From assembly GCF_036588685.1 (NCBI RefSeq), contig NC_086375.1, positions 33,046,001 through 33,110,000 of the forward strand: DNA of 64,000 nucleotides, in the 5' to 3' direction. Within the stretch, counting starts at the first letter, position 1. Every line of letters starts with the position of its first letter. This stretch comes from Mytilus trossulus (Eukaryota). Made by a program: the position numbers and the translations under genes. The notes beneath the pieces were generated by a model, which saw only the letters and a list, made by a program, of their open reading frames with translations, searched no databases and was not told where the DNA came from. Below, in pieces: positions 48,501 to 61,519 of this stretch.

Positions 48501-51500
48501 ATGGCACCGTTAAATACAATATTTACATTTTTGTGTATGGTCAGTTTGACCAAAACTGACCGAAATGGTGAGTCTGAATTTGTCACCTTCAACAATTTCG
48601 CGATGAAATTCTAGACAAAAATCTTATTTTACGTATTTATAATTTATGTAAATTGGTTATCGAGAAAACAAGCGTCACGGATGATATACCAAAGCAAAAC
48701 CACTATTCAGCTCCCCAACACTCTTATGAATAATCAGATCTCGAAGTTTTTGATTACGTGCTCACAAAGTGTATTAATTTAAGATTTATAATCTTTTTTA
48801 TCACTTGTCAATATGATAAAGACAATATTCATATTATTTATAAAAAAAAGAAAAAAAAAAAAAAAAAAAAAGAAGAAGAAGAGAAGGGAGATGCCATACA
48901 ATTGTAATCAACACCATAAGTCGACTTAAGACAGGAATCTCACCGTCAAATTAAAGAAAGAAAAAAAAACCGAACAGATAAACATTTCTACAAAAGACAT
49001 AATCCATAGACCAATCATATTCTTATATGAATAAATCGTGTGAAACGTAGGTATTTTCTATTTGTTTATAGGGCTGCCTCCAAATTGTTTAAAAAAGTCA
49101 ATACCTTGTAATTTTTTTTTTATAAATAACATACTTGTTGAAGAGAAGAAAACATTATTTTGGTTTTCCAAAAATGAATATTTAATTTACATGTTTTGGA
49201 AGTAGACAACTTTCACGCTTTGTAAACAAAGCTTTATAAAAGATTATACATATGTATAAATGGCGTAAGAACGATATAAATTCAACAAATTAGTGTTACA
49301 ATTATATATTTTGTTCCTGATACATATATTGACATTTACATGAATATTATCTAGTCCATGTTATTCGATACTCTTATATATATATATTATTTGTTGATGT
49401 ATTTTTTACAGTGCGACAAAGTTTCAACCCTAATTCAATGATGGGAAGTTTTCTTGGTGGATCATCGTCGTCATCTTCTTTGTATGGAAGCTTCAACCCA
49501 AATAAGATGATGTCACAATACACAGGCGGGGGTTCTAGTGGTAGCATGTTTAACCCTAATGCTATGATGGGAGGAGGTCAACAACCGCAGCAACCTGCAA
49601 ACAGTGGTCAAAGTTCACAGAAAAGTCAATCATCCCAATCTACAAATAGTCCTCAACAATCAGGAGGTAGTCAGTCATCTGGAACTGGAACGTTTGACCC
49701 GAATGCTCAGATGTCATCGGGTGGTTCCGGTGGCACCTCTGGTGGAAATCAATTTGGAGGCATGTCTCAGTCATCAGGGGGATCCGGTGGCGCCTCTGGA
49801 GGAAGTCAATTTGGAGGCATGTCTCAGTCATCAGGTGGGTCTAGTGGAAGTATGTTCAATCCCAATGCCATGATGGGTGGTCAGCAACAACCAATGAACA
49901 GTGGGCAAAAATCACAACAGAGTCAATCTTCCCAGTCGACAAATAGTCCTGCACAATCAAGTCAGTCATCTGGAACTGGTATGTTTAACCCAAATGCGCA
50001 GATGTCATCGGGTGGATCTGGCGGAACTTCCGGTGGCGGTGGAATGTCGTTCAATCCGAATCAGATGACGTCTGGTGGAGCACAACAAATGAGTGGTAGT
50101 GGTGGTGGTGGTGGTGGTAGCAGTTCAAACACAATACCAAAGTACAACCCAAACAATGCTGTAAATACTGGCGCCAAATATGACCCTAATGCTGCAAACA
50201 GTGGAATGAGTGGTTCTTCTGGTGGAGCAAAACCATCTTTTGCCAACGGTATGGGGTTAAATGCAAAACAACAAACGCCTGGTGGACAACAGACTACGAG
50301 TCAACCAAGCCAACAACCCGGATCACAATCCGCGTCTAGTTTTGGTCAAGCATCTGGTCAGCAACAACAATCGGCAGCATCTAGCTTTGGACAAGCTTCA
50401 GGTCAACCATCACAGTCTTCAGCATCAAGTTTTGGTCAAGCTTCAGGTCAACAGCCACAATCGGGTTCTGGAAGTCAACAGCCTCAATCTGGCTCCGGAA
50501 GTCAACAGCCTCAATCTGGCTCTGGTAGTCAGCAGCCTCAATCAAATTGTGGACAGCAAGGCTCTTTTGACCCAGTAGCCGCCAATACAGGAGGAACTTC
50601 TGGTTTTAACCCTCTTAATCCACTTTTAGGTATGATTGGTGTCCATGAGCAGATAATTGTGCAAATTATAAAACTACTCCAAGATCAGTTAAATTAAAAA
50701 AAAAATATGCAAACTTTTCAGTAAATATTTGAAAATTTAATTCCTCTAAAGAAAAATTTGTATTTCAACACATTAAGCTGTAATTAATGCTGGAACACAA
50801 ATGTATCTCATAAACGTTAACTTTCACTGAATAATATATAAAGATAGAAATATTTGTTCGATAAATGCATTGTTTTTTCATCTATTTACACTCATCTGAT
50901 ACATTTCGCAAACTTTAACTTATTTAGTTGCTTTTCTTATATTTTATAGGAGGAAATACTTTGAGTAAAATCATGGGACCGAACACAGGATGTGGTAAAT
51001 ATCTTCATTAACACTTGCTGATGATACATACTGGTAGTTCATCTTATTTCCACCTTATTTACCCACAACTCTAAATATTTTCAAAGTCATCTAAAATGTC
51101 AGTATTTGTCTGACTGTTTCCTCAGAATTTCACAGCAGGGCCATTTGCTAAATTCTTCCAGGCTGGAATAAAATGCAAAACCTTTTATATTCATAAATAA
51201 CAGATCATTTTGAGATAATTGTATTATTTAAAAGATTTCGGTCTTCAGTATAAAGGTTCCGTGTTAAGGTATAACTGGTTAACTCAAGAATAGTAATACA
51301 GATACCAGTCAGAATTATCACTATTGTTGTTATTAGATTTAAACTATGAATGTTACAGGTAAAAGTAATGGTGGTTTTGATCCTGGATCTGTCAATATGC
51401 AACAAGCCCAACTGGGAACCAGCTTAAACATGTTTGGCGGAGCTAAAGGAGGAGACCCAAGTAAAATGGATGCAAGTTCGTTAATGGGTGGATCCTCTGG

Positions 51501-54500
51501 AATGATGAGTGGAGCTAATTCAGTGATGACTCCAGGTGGAAGCAGTGGCGGGAGTACTGGAGCCAGTAGTGGAGGGGGAATGAATTTGAATCCAATGAAT
51601 ATGATGAGCAGTATGACGGGAGGATCCGGAAGCGGAAGTGGGAGTGGTACAAATCCCATGAACGCAATGTTGGGAGGAACATCTGGTACATCCAGAGGCG
51701 GAAGTAAGAGTTTTGATCTCTTACATTTCTAATAGTTACAACTTCAAAAAAGAAAGTTTAAATGAAAAATGTTATGCTTTTTTTTCACCCAATGCTTTGC
51801 GCTTTGGTTGTTTGGGCATTTTTTATGTGGTTGATATTATGAAATGCTTGATGTAGCTTGGTGCTTAGTCTTATAATATATGCCTTCGAATTATTTTTCT
51901 CTTTTATGCGGATATTTTCTTTATTTGGTTTTGTTGCTACATTGATAGTAAAATAAATCGAAAAAAAATTCACAAATATCAAACTGAATGAAAAGAAAAT
52001 ATCAGAAATAAAATTAAAAAAAATAATGGCCCGAAGTCATGTGTTATAGGACTAGCTTTGTTTTGTGCTTTGCACACGCTTCTTTTAAGACTTTTAGACA
52101 ATATTTATTTTAGACAGTGGCTCTGCAAGTCAAAGCGGAGGACAGACGGGTGGTAATCCGTTGGATCCTTTAGGGGCGATGATGGGTAGGTGGAATATTT
52201 ATCTATATAATGTGATCATTATAGCCGGTATTTGGCCTATCAAATGGCAGAATATCAAAATTGTCAGTTTGTATATAGGTTTTAGGTAAAATTGTGAATA
52301 CGAGCAACATTTATTTCATTCACATCAAATGTATTACAAGATTCAGTTGCGAAATAGTATATAGTTTGCTTATCTCTATGTTTTAAAATGGACCTTTTGA
52401 TTATAAACAAATGTAAAGACCTAAATTCAAGTAATTTGTCAAAATAATGTCTTATTAACATTTGAAACACTTAAGTTGAAAAAAAATGAAAAAAAAGTAT
52501 TTTCTAACTTAAAGGCCTACCATTGTTTTCCATCTATTAAACATACTTATTATTGCATCTCTGAACTTTTGAAACTTTCGATTTATCAAATGACAGTTGT
52601 TATAGCATGTCATTGAAGTACATACATTTGTTTTCTTAGAAACTTGTAATTCTGTTTTATTTTCATTACACCTTCACTTTTTATGACACTACTTTTGTTG
52701 TCTTTATTTTCATAACTCGAGGCTTGTTACGTATTAGAATCAACATCTTGTATATGTGTTTATCTTATTGTATTTATTTTGTAACAGGAGGTGCCCAGAG
52801 GTTTGCAGGAGGTAGTAATCTGATGGATCCCATGGGTTTTATGAATGGTAACTGAATGAAGTTTCGCTTTTCTCTGCTTGATTTTGTATCAATCTAAAAT
52901 ATATGCTAATTTGTTTACCAAAAAAATATTATTTAAAGTCTTGTTTTGTTAGAATTTCAGATCATTTATATCAAAGTATCATCATATGTTTACGTGTACT
53001 TGTTTACTATTAAACGTCTGCTGTATTGATACAAAATTATACCTTTGGCGCCATATCGTAAAACAATTAGACCCTGCATGCCTTGTTTGCCCCGAAAACT
53101 GATCTAAAAAATATAAAACATCGTGTTGGTAAGCAGTTTGAAAAACCATATGTGAGAAGACAATTTTGAAAATTTGTAGCAATCCTAAATCAGAGAAACA
53201 ACTTATTGCTGTTCCTAATATACATATTTCACAAAATCATATCGGACCATTTTCAAAAATACGTAGCACATCCAATACAATTTTGTCCAACAAGTTATTC
53301 TTCATGCAAAACCTGGCGTAGATTTAATTTCTAATCAATGAATGTATTTCAGGAGGTGGACAAACTGGTAAATTTGGAAACCGGTTTTCTGTACCCTTAA
53401 CAGGTACGTACAACTTAATAATATATGTTGACCATAGTTAAAAGCTGAAGATACAACATACTAAATAAATGCATCGATAGATATAATATAATAATTAATT
53501 TCATAAATTATAACTTTAAACATGAAGAAGACGTAGTTGTATGGATTGCAAAAAAAAAACAAAAAAAACGGTTGCTCAATGAATATGCCACAACAATCTT
53601 GTGAAGATTGGAAATAAATATTGTTTTTATAAAACTGATAATTTTCAAGATACAAGATATCTATATCTCGTTTCGCAGACGTTAACTTATCATTATCGGT
53701 TTGATACTATATCACCCGTGACGTAGCTCGGACAGGTGCATTTCGATTACCAAGATGTCAACCAAGTTATTGTTTTGTGTATATTTTGTAATTTCAGGGA
53801 GATCTTTGCAGATAGAAACGGGTAAGTAATCTATTTTTTATTCAAACATTTACAAATATATAGAATAAAAAAATTAAGAGTCTGCAGATACCAAGAGCCA
53901 ATCAAAATCCATAAGTCGAAGTGAAACAGACACACGGCTAAACGTTAAAACGACGTCAAAAAGAAAATACATAGAAAATTGACTTAAGTAGATTTGGATC
54001 GTTTTTATAAAATGTTAACAAAATTATAAAAATTAATTTGAATGTAATTATTCAGAATGGAAAAGGGGAATGAACCACATAATTTACAGGATAATTTTAT
54101 TTGACACATAACAGTTTGGCAAACACTAATTATGATCATTGAGAAACTTGTTTTTTCCTTAGGTGTATTAAGCCTTTTAAAACATACTACAGCCCACACA
54201 ACATATCACAGACGTATTTGATTAAATTGAAAATAAACTCGTCATAGATACAAGTATTAAAATTCTATATTTGTGCAAGATGCGCTTTTCGTCTACAAAA
54301 TACTCATCATTAAAAAGTCAATTACAGTTCGAAGTTGAAGAGCATTGAGAACTAAATGTTCCTTAATTTTTTTCCAAATACAGATAAGTTAATCCATTCC
54401 TGAGTTAAAAAAGCCGTTGTATTTCAAAAATTCGAAATTTCGTAAACAGTTAATTCATAATTATGACTATATCAATGACAATTCATTTCAACACATGAGT

Positions 54501-55098
54501 GCTGACTACTGGGCTGGTGATACCCTCGGGGAATAAAAAAAAATCCACCAGTAGTGGCTTCGACCCAGTGGTTGTAAATGAACTCCTCATAGATACAGGG
54601 ATTAAAAAACGCGCGTTTCGTCTTCAAAAGAATCACCAGTGACACTCGAATAAAAAAATGTAAAAAAGCCAAATAAAATACGAAGTTGAAAAGCATTGAG
54701 GACCAAAAACGTTTTGCAAAATACAACTAAGATAATTCATTCACGAGTTAGAAAAGCCTTAGTATTTCAAAAATTCTAAGTTTTGTAAACAGTTAATGTT
54801 ATTATGACCATACCAATGACAATTAATGTCAACACAGGAGTGCTGACTACTGGGCTGGTGAACCCCACGGGGAATCAGTTGATAAACAGACTTTGACTAT
54901 CAATAAGAAAATACTGCTATACAAGAAGATGAATATACACTAAATTTACATTATGTGATAAACTGCAAACCCATAAATAGAATTACCTTAGAATATCTGA
55001 AACAATAAAATCAACTATCACCATAACCATTAATTTTCTTTCTAGGGAAGGATAGTTCCTTGTTGTTGGCTAGAATTTTACAACACTCAGTACCGTAA
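48501..55098 (+). CDS. Gene G: secreted Gly/Ser/Gln/Met-rich FNPN-motif protein, ~644 aa; exons 48501-48567, 49412-50629, 50950-50994, 51359-51703, 52114-52185, 52788-52847, 53353-53403, 53798-53821 and 55046-55098
   Basis: Exon 1 reads MAPLNTIFTFLCMVSLTKTDRN with a G|GTGAGT donor. All internal exons are GT-AG, phase 1-1, multiples of 3 and stop-free. AATAAA at ~55244. The last three small exons are less certain. Confidence 0.75.
54235..54875 (+). repeat. Two diverged tandem units related to the 350-bp array, in the last intron of gene G
   Basis: Shares CTACTGGGCTGGTGATACCCTCGGGG...CCACCAG...TCGACCCAGTGG with 25974-27428. Confidence 0.75.
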
Positions 55099-58000
55099 CA
55101 ACATTTGGTATACGTAACAGAAATGAAATGTTACTTATACATTAACATTTGCATATTGTAACACATAGTTGCAGCCAATTCAGGGAATGTTTTGTATGTT
55201 ATGTACTGAAATGTAATTACTTCGATCTAAATAGTTCAACAAAAATAAAATGTTATTACACATTCTTTTTTGGGTATCATAAAACATAATTTGAAAATGC
55301 CTGTACCACGTCAGGAATATGACATTGTTGTCCATTCGTTTGGTGTGTTTTATTATTTGATTTTGCCATTTGATTAGGGACTTTCCGTTTTGAATTTCAC
55401 TCCGAGTTCAGTATCTTTGTGATTTAATGTTTACTGCCAATTCGCTGAGTGTGTGTATGTTCTATTCTGAAATTCCAAATGTTCTGTATAAGAATCAAAT
55501 GTATGTGTTGATACCGCCACACTTTTTCAATGGAAAATCAAATAAACTATGGCACATGAGTCTCTACCGAGGTTGTTAGTATGTGCGATTGTTTATATTA
55601 CATGTAGTTTATTTAACTCACGTAAATGGAAATTTATGTACATAGAAATTAAGATGTTGATTTTTTTTTACTTGTTTGAATACCATTTATGAGTCATTTA
55701 TGTGATAGCCATTTTACTTATCTTGTGAATATGTCATTTCCTATAACACTTATCTGAGGCGATCGGTGCGATTTGCTAGAATTACTTATTTTTCTGGCGT
55801 TTTTGATATTACCCTTCACTAACGCCACAAATTGAATGTTTATGTTTATTGTATCATTCAAGATCTGGATCTGGAAACATAACAAACCCAGAAGTTACTG
55901 CCTTGATACTAACTATAATTCTTATCATACAAAATACGCAATGCCTGCATGTACCAAGCAGGAATATGACAGTTCTTGTAAATTCGTTTCAGATTTGTTA
56001 TTTGATTTTGCCATGTGATTATTGCCTTTCCGATTGGATTTTCCTGTGAGTTCAGTATTTTTGTGGTTTTACTTTTTACATCATGGTCTAAAATTTTGGC
56101 GGATTTATAACCAGAGGCCATCAACACTTAATTCTACAAATGAGAAAAATAAGTTGTAAAAAAAGAGACAACTGCAGACGAAGTTGAAGCACATGGAATG
56201 ACGGCTTGGTTAAACTAGTTTATATCTCAATACACTCAATCTCGATTGGTGCTATACCAGCAGTTACGGAGAAACATACCAAAGAAAACTAATACAGGAA
56301 GAAAATTAAACTTGATAATAATGTTATGATTAGTAGAAAACCACAAGTACAAAAATAGAACAAAAACAAAAACTGAATAAACACCTCGCGATGTTTTTTC
56401 CCCACTCCATTGAATTATATAGGGGGGACTGGGGGGGGGTTCTGAACATGACCTAATCATTCTATTTATGCCGTTAGCTGTATGAAACCTACTCGAGTGT
56501 TAACCGACACCGAAAAAAGTGTATAAGATGATGTGGTTTATGCAGAGTGTTTATGTGCTGGTTTTAAACCATCGCGAGATATTTATTTACTTTTTATATT
56601 AATTTTGTTTTATTTATGTACATGTGGTTTTATGCAATTTGAGTTTTTATGCGCCGGTTTTAACTTTGTTCTTGTTAAACGCGAAACGTTTCATCTAAAA
56701 AAAAATGTAAGCCGTATTTAAAAATTGCTCTTGTAAATCGAAATCGAAAACACGTTTGTTCATATTCAAATATACTCCATTAAAGATATCTCTTGTGAGG
56801 GAAAACACGAATATATCGTATCAGTGATTCACTTTAAGAAAAACGATTGAAATAAAAATAAATATTTTTTACGCATTTATTGAGTAAGAAATTACCAATA
56901 GGTTACCCATGCTTGAATCAATATAGTTATGGTAATCGCATCGAAAATTTGGGATGGTTGCAGGGGCGGATCCCGCCATTTTAAAAGGGGGTTCCACCTA
57001 TATGTCCCCATTCAAATGCATTGATCGTCCAAAAATAAGGGGGGTCCAACCCCGGGAACCCTCCACCTAGATCCGCCCCGGGATGATGTTACTTATTTTA
57101 CAGATTTAAATTTACTGGCCTGGCGTTGTTGCCAGTTCAAAGATTTATTTATTAAGGTGAGCGATACAGACTCTAAGGTCTAATATTCGCATCACTTTGC
57201 ATCCGTCGTCAAAATAAATGTAGAGAAAATTGGTTAAAGTACTTTTATTTATAATACTTTAAACAAGGTGAAATATTTTATTCAAATTTTCAAATACCAA
57301 TAAAAAGTTACATATATGAGGAAAATAATATAAGAATTATATCATTTTGACTTATTTTTATATTTTAACATGTTCACAAATATTTTGATTTAATTGTTTT
57401 GAAAAAAAATTAGAAAGACTTCATTTTGCAGAATCAAGGACAATAACTCTATTAATCGCAAAAACAGATTCGTAAGTCCATTTTAAAGTACTTTTAGTAG
57501 TCCTGAACTGAGACTACTATTTATTTTTCAAGATCTGAATACATGTATTTTCCCTCAAAACGTGTTCGTTATTCCAAAACTTGCAGCTGCTACTCAGACT
57601 TTTTAAACGTTTCGTGTGTCTGAACAGGAAGTTGGTGAGCCAAGGTTATGTCAAAGAATGTCTCGTCCTTTTACTAAAAAAGAGTCCATCAGAAGATATA
57701 TAGACCTTGTTGATACAGATTTTGTATCAATTTCATAAATAATACACGATCGTCTTGAATGAAATTGAAAATGGAAATGGGGAATGTATCAAAGAGACAA
57801 CTACCCGACCATAGAACAGACAACAACAGAAGGTCTTCAACAGGTCTTCAATACAGCGAGTAATTCAGCACCCGGAGTCGTACGATTGAAGTATAAATTC
57901 TAGGTATTGATGTTGTTTATCATCTTAATGACGTGTAATATTACTTAATGTAAGTCTTGGTAATTTATTACATTGACTGTTTTAGTAAACTTTTGTTAAT

Positions 58001-58299
58001 ATCCATCGGACGAGACTCGTCCCGTCATTGTGTTATTGTGCTATGGTAATTTGTGTATTCTTGTCTTTCGATTTTGCTATTTCGCTTTGTCTATATGCCT
58101 TTTTTGTGTTCTTTTTTGATATTTTTGTTTGTTTTATAGTGATTACGATTATAACATAATGTTGACTGATGTACCCCTATTTATTAAAAATATTTACCTA
58201 TTGTGTCCGTTTGATTTTTGTTTACACATTGTTGTCAATATAATATAAATAATTAGGTTTTTTAAAAATCCACCTTTTTTTTTTTTAATATTATCATAA

Positions 58300-58640
58300 A
58301 TGTACCAAGTCAGGAGTATGACAGATAGCATCCATTCGTTTTATGTGTTTGCGCTTTTTGATTTTGCCATTTGATTAGGGACTTGCCGTTATGAATTTTC
58401 CTCAGAGTTCGGTATTTTGTTATTTTACTTTTTTAATGAGAATCGGAAAAAGTAAAATCACAAAAATACTGAACTCAGAGAAAAATCAATTTGGAAAGTC
58501 CATAATCACATGGCAAAATCAAAAAACAAAACGCATCAAAAACGAATGGACAAGAACTGTCATATTCCTGACTTGGTACAGGCATTTTCAAATGTAGAAA
58601 ATGGTGGATTAAACCTGGTTCTATAGCGCTAACCCTCTCC
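58300..58640. repeat. Two inverted adjacent copies of dispersed repeat family 4 (TACCAAGTCAGGAATATGACAG)
   Basis: 58300-58435 (+) abuts 58447-58640 (-). Other copies at ~28580-28770, 55297-55430 and 55940-56080. Confidence 0.75.
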
Positions 58641-58659
58641 AACAGTCACTATATCGCAT

Positions 58660-59748
58660 TCAGAGTTACTTCCGATGCCATTAAAGGTAATACCATGTTT
58701 GACTACCTGTCGCTGCTTGCACTGCTATGCATTTGCGGCATGGATGTTATTTTACAATGTTTTAATGTTTATGCGTGGCATTGCTCGCCATTTGTCGTGC
58801 TGGTCAAGGGCATTGTATTGTTCTTCTGCAATAACTACCTCTGTTGGTCAGGTGAGATTTGAGAATTTCGTCTCTGACGGTACCTTTGAGCCGTTAAATT
58901 ACCCGGAACATGTATCAAATCCGTTTTATAGTTATTAGAGATAGCCGCCCACATCATGACACGTCCCCCACTGAGGCTGTCCACTTCTTGGATACACGAG
59001 AGAGGAAAAGGTCCAAACATGCGCCGGTAGTCAAAAGTTCGTCTTTCACGTTTCAGAAGCATAATAAAGGAATCATCACTGAACAATATTCTGTGCCAGT
59101 TGCCCTGTCCCTTATTATGTTCCATCATTAGACTCTATTCTCTCTGTGTAACGGCCTCAAAACTGGTTCAAAATGTGACCTCCTGCGTCCAATGTCATGT
59201 TGTCGCAGTCGATTGCGAACTGTTTGTGAGCTGATTCTTCAATCCTGGTATCCTTACTGCCTGTTACGGCAACGGTTCAATTAAATAGATGAAATACCCG
59301 AAATTAGTGATTTTTCTTATAGTCGTTTTGCGAGGTCGTCCACACCTCGGGTGGTCATTGGTACAGCCAGTCTGTTGATATATGTTCCAACGTCACAACA
59401 TTGTGCTCTAGTTAGCTTTTTTAGAATAGCAGGGCTCTACCTTGACATTGCAGCGTTTTAACGTTGTGATGACTTACTCGGGTTTTATATGCATACAAGT
59501 GTAACAAATGACAACAAACTTTTAGGAAAAACATTGGCAGAATTTCGCGGCGTAAAAGGTCCTATGCACTTTTAGCGAGTCGCAAATGTCATGTGGCAGA
59601 GAGCCAAATAATAAAAACCCGGACATTTAAAGTTTACAAATTACCTATTATAATTCGAAGATGCAATTGACCGTTCATTGTACCGTGTAAAATATATTAT
59701 TTTCTATTTGAAAAATTCATCCAAAGTATGCGTTTCTTTTTTAACAGT
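58660..59748 (-). pseudogene. Degraded Tc1/mariner transposon
   Basis: ORF 58835-59128 has WHRILFSDDS and GGRVMMWAAIS...LIHVPGNLTAQRY (Tc1 DDE region). TIR-like CTGTTAAAAAAGAAACGCATA on the minus strand near 59725-59747. Confidence 0.8.
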
Positions 59749-61519
59749 TAATATCTTCAAATTATTTTGTAATACAGGCATTTTTCAATGCATATTAGTA
59801 CTGTGACAGATTAAGTTGAATTCTTAGAATATTTCGTAATCTTAACTTTATTAACGTTCTAATATGATAAAGACACAAAACACATTGAGCACAACTGGTC
59901 GTGCGTGTTAAGGGAGAAATGCTGTCAGATCGTCAAACAGTTTTTAATTTGCCGAATGTTTTTCTTAAACTATGACATATTATCCCGTTGTCAGTTAACT
60001 GCTGTAATTCTAAAAAGCCATAATAAAAAATTGTGATTGTCAGAAAGAAAAGAATCTCTATATAAATTTTATGGAACGGGGTTTGTAACGTAAAAGACAG
60101 ATTAACAAATGGTCAACCATTTAATTAAAAGTGCCTAAAGTAAATTTCTTTAACCATCGAAAGTCACATTCTATTAATTTAGGGTCCTTTTTTTATGACA
60201 GATTTAAAGCAAATATAAAATTGATTGTGTATTACCAGTGTATGTATTAATTACTGTGGATTCATTTAAATTCGTTTGATACGAGTTTTCTTTGATTTCG
60301 TGGATTCAGTTTAACGACCACCGGCAAAATTTTCTATGGACGTCAGAAAAAAACACGAAACTAAGTATCCACGAACATTTGTGTTTTTCTCACTAGAATT
60401 TGTACCCACTTAAAAATAATCTTAGCATCACTGAAGGTACATTGCTTGTTCAAATGCACATCTGGTGGAGAAAAATGGTACCGTTTATGTTATTAGTAAA
60501 TGTGAAGCCTTGTCTTCCGGCTACTGTCTGCTGATGAATATACTCTCTGTTAATGGCGGTAATTCAATTGAGCTTTTATCTGTAAATATTGGATGAAGGC
60601 TTTTGAATTTGTTTTTGAGATACAAAAGAATTTATCTATTTAGCAAAGAACTTAAACGTTATGGCTATCTTTTGATATTGTCAAAACAAGTTATAACAAT
60701 TAGAAAAAAAGGTCATGAGGTATAGATTGCATTTTTGAATCCAGATTTGCTTGATTGTATTTGCGAAAGATATTTTAAATAGAAATCCGTCGGAAAATGT
60801 ATAGACGAAAATGTCAATAGACAACGAGATATATGTACAGTTGTATTCACCCGTATAATATATATCAGTAAAAGTTTTGTTTGTTAAAATAATGTGGTTC
60901 ATAAACGATGAACTGACTATTTCAAATGGTAAATGAAATTGAGCGAAACTCAACGTAAAGGAAGATATATAGATTATTACCAATAGTAGTGTAGGGAGAA
61001 CTGTGAAATCAAAGTTCAACTGATTGATCTAATCCTTCGGCTCCACCGTTTGAAATCATCCCTTTCCCCAAACCGTAAAAGGTGACCTTTTTAAATATTA
61101 GCTTTCTTTTCCTGTGTGTATATAATGGAAAAACATTGACAGAAACGACTATGCCATTAACAGGGTCTACCTTTCTAAATCTGTTAAAGAGAGACGAAAG
61201 AACCAAAAGAGACAGTGAACACAAACTGACGACGCCATGGCAAAAAAGAAGAAAAAGACCAAAAAGACAAACAACAACATAGAAAACTATCGAATGGGCC
61301 ACACAAACCCCACTAAAAACTGGGGTGGTCTCAATTGTTTAAAAACTAGTACAGACTAAGACAAACGATTAGAAAGCTTTTTCCTAGATGAATATTTAGT
61401 TTTACTCATAGTTGATATATATTGGCTATCATTCGAGATAACCACAATTGAACGAATTTAAAGAAGTTCTAAAGATCTGAAAATATTTGATTTTTTATAA
61501 ATATTTTGTCTTTTTGTAG

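Noticed and set aside
51136-51200. Possible extra exon of gene G (AGPFAKFFQAG...)
   Set aside because: No canonical GT donor before the in-frame stop; it could be a decayed exon or an alternative end, but is unsupported.
55836-60000. Candidate first exons for gene H (e.g. near 57100-57156 and 57432-57471)
   Set aside because: Splice-like signals are present, but I could not build a phase-consistent signal-peptide exon.
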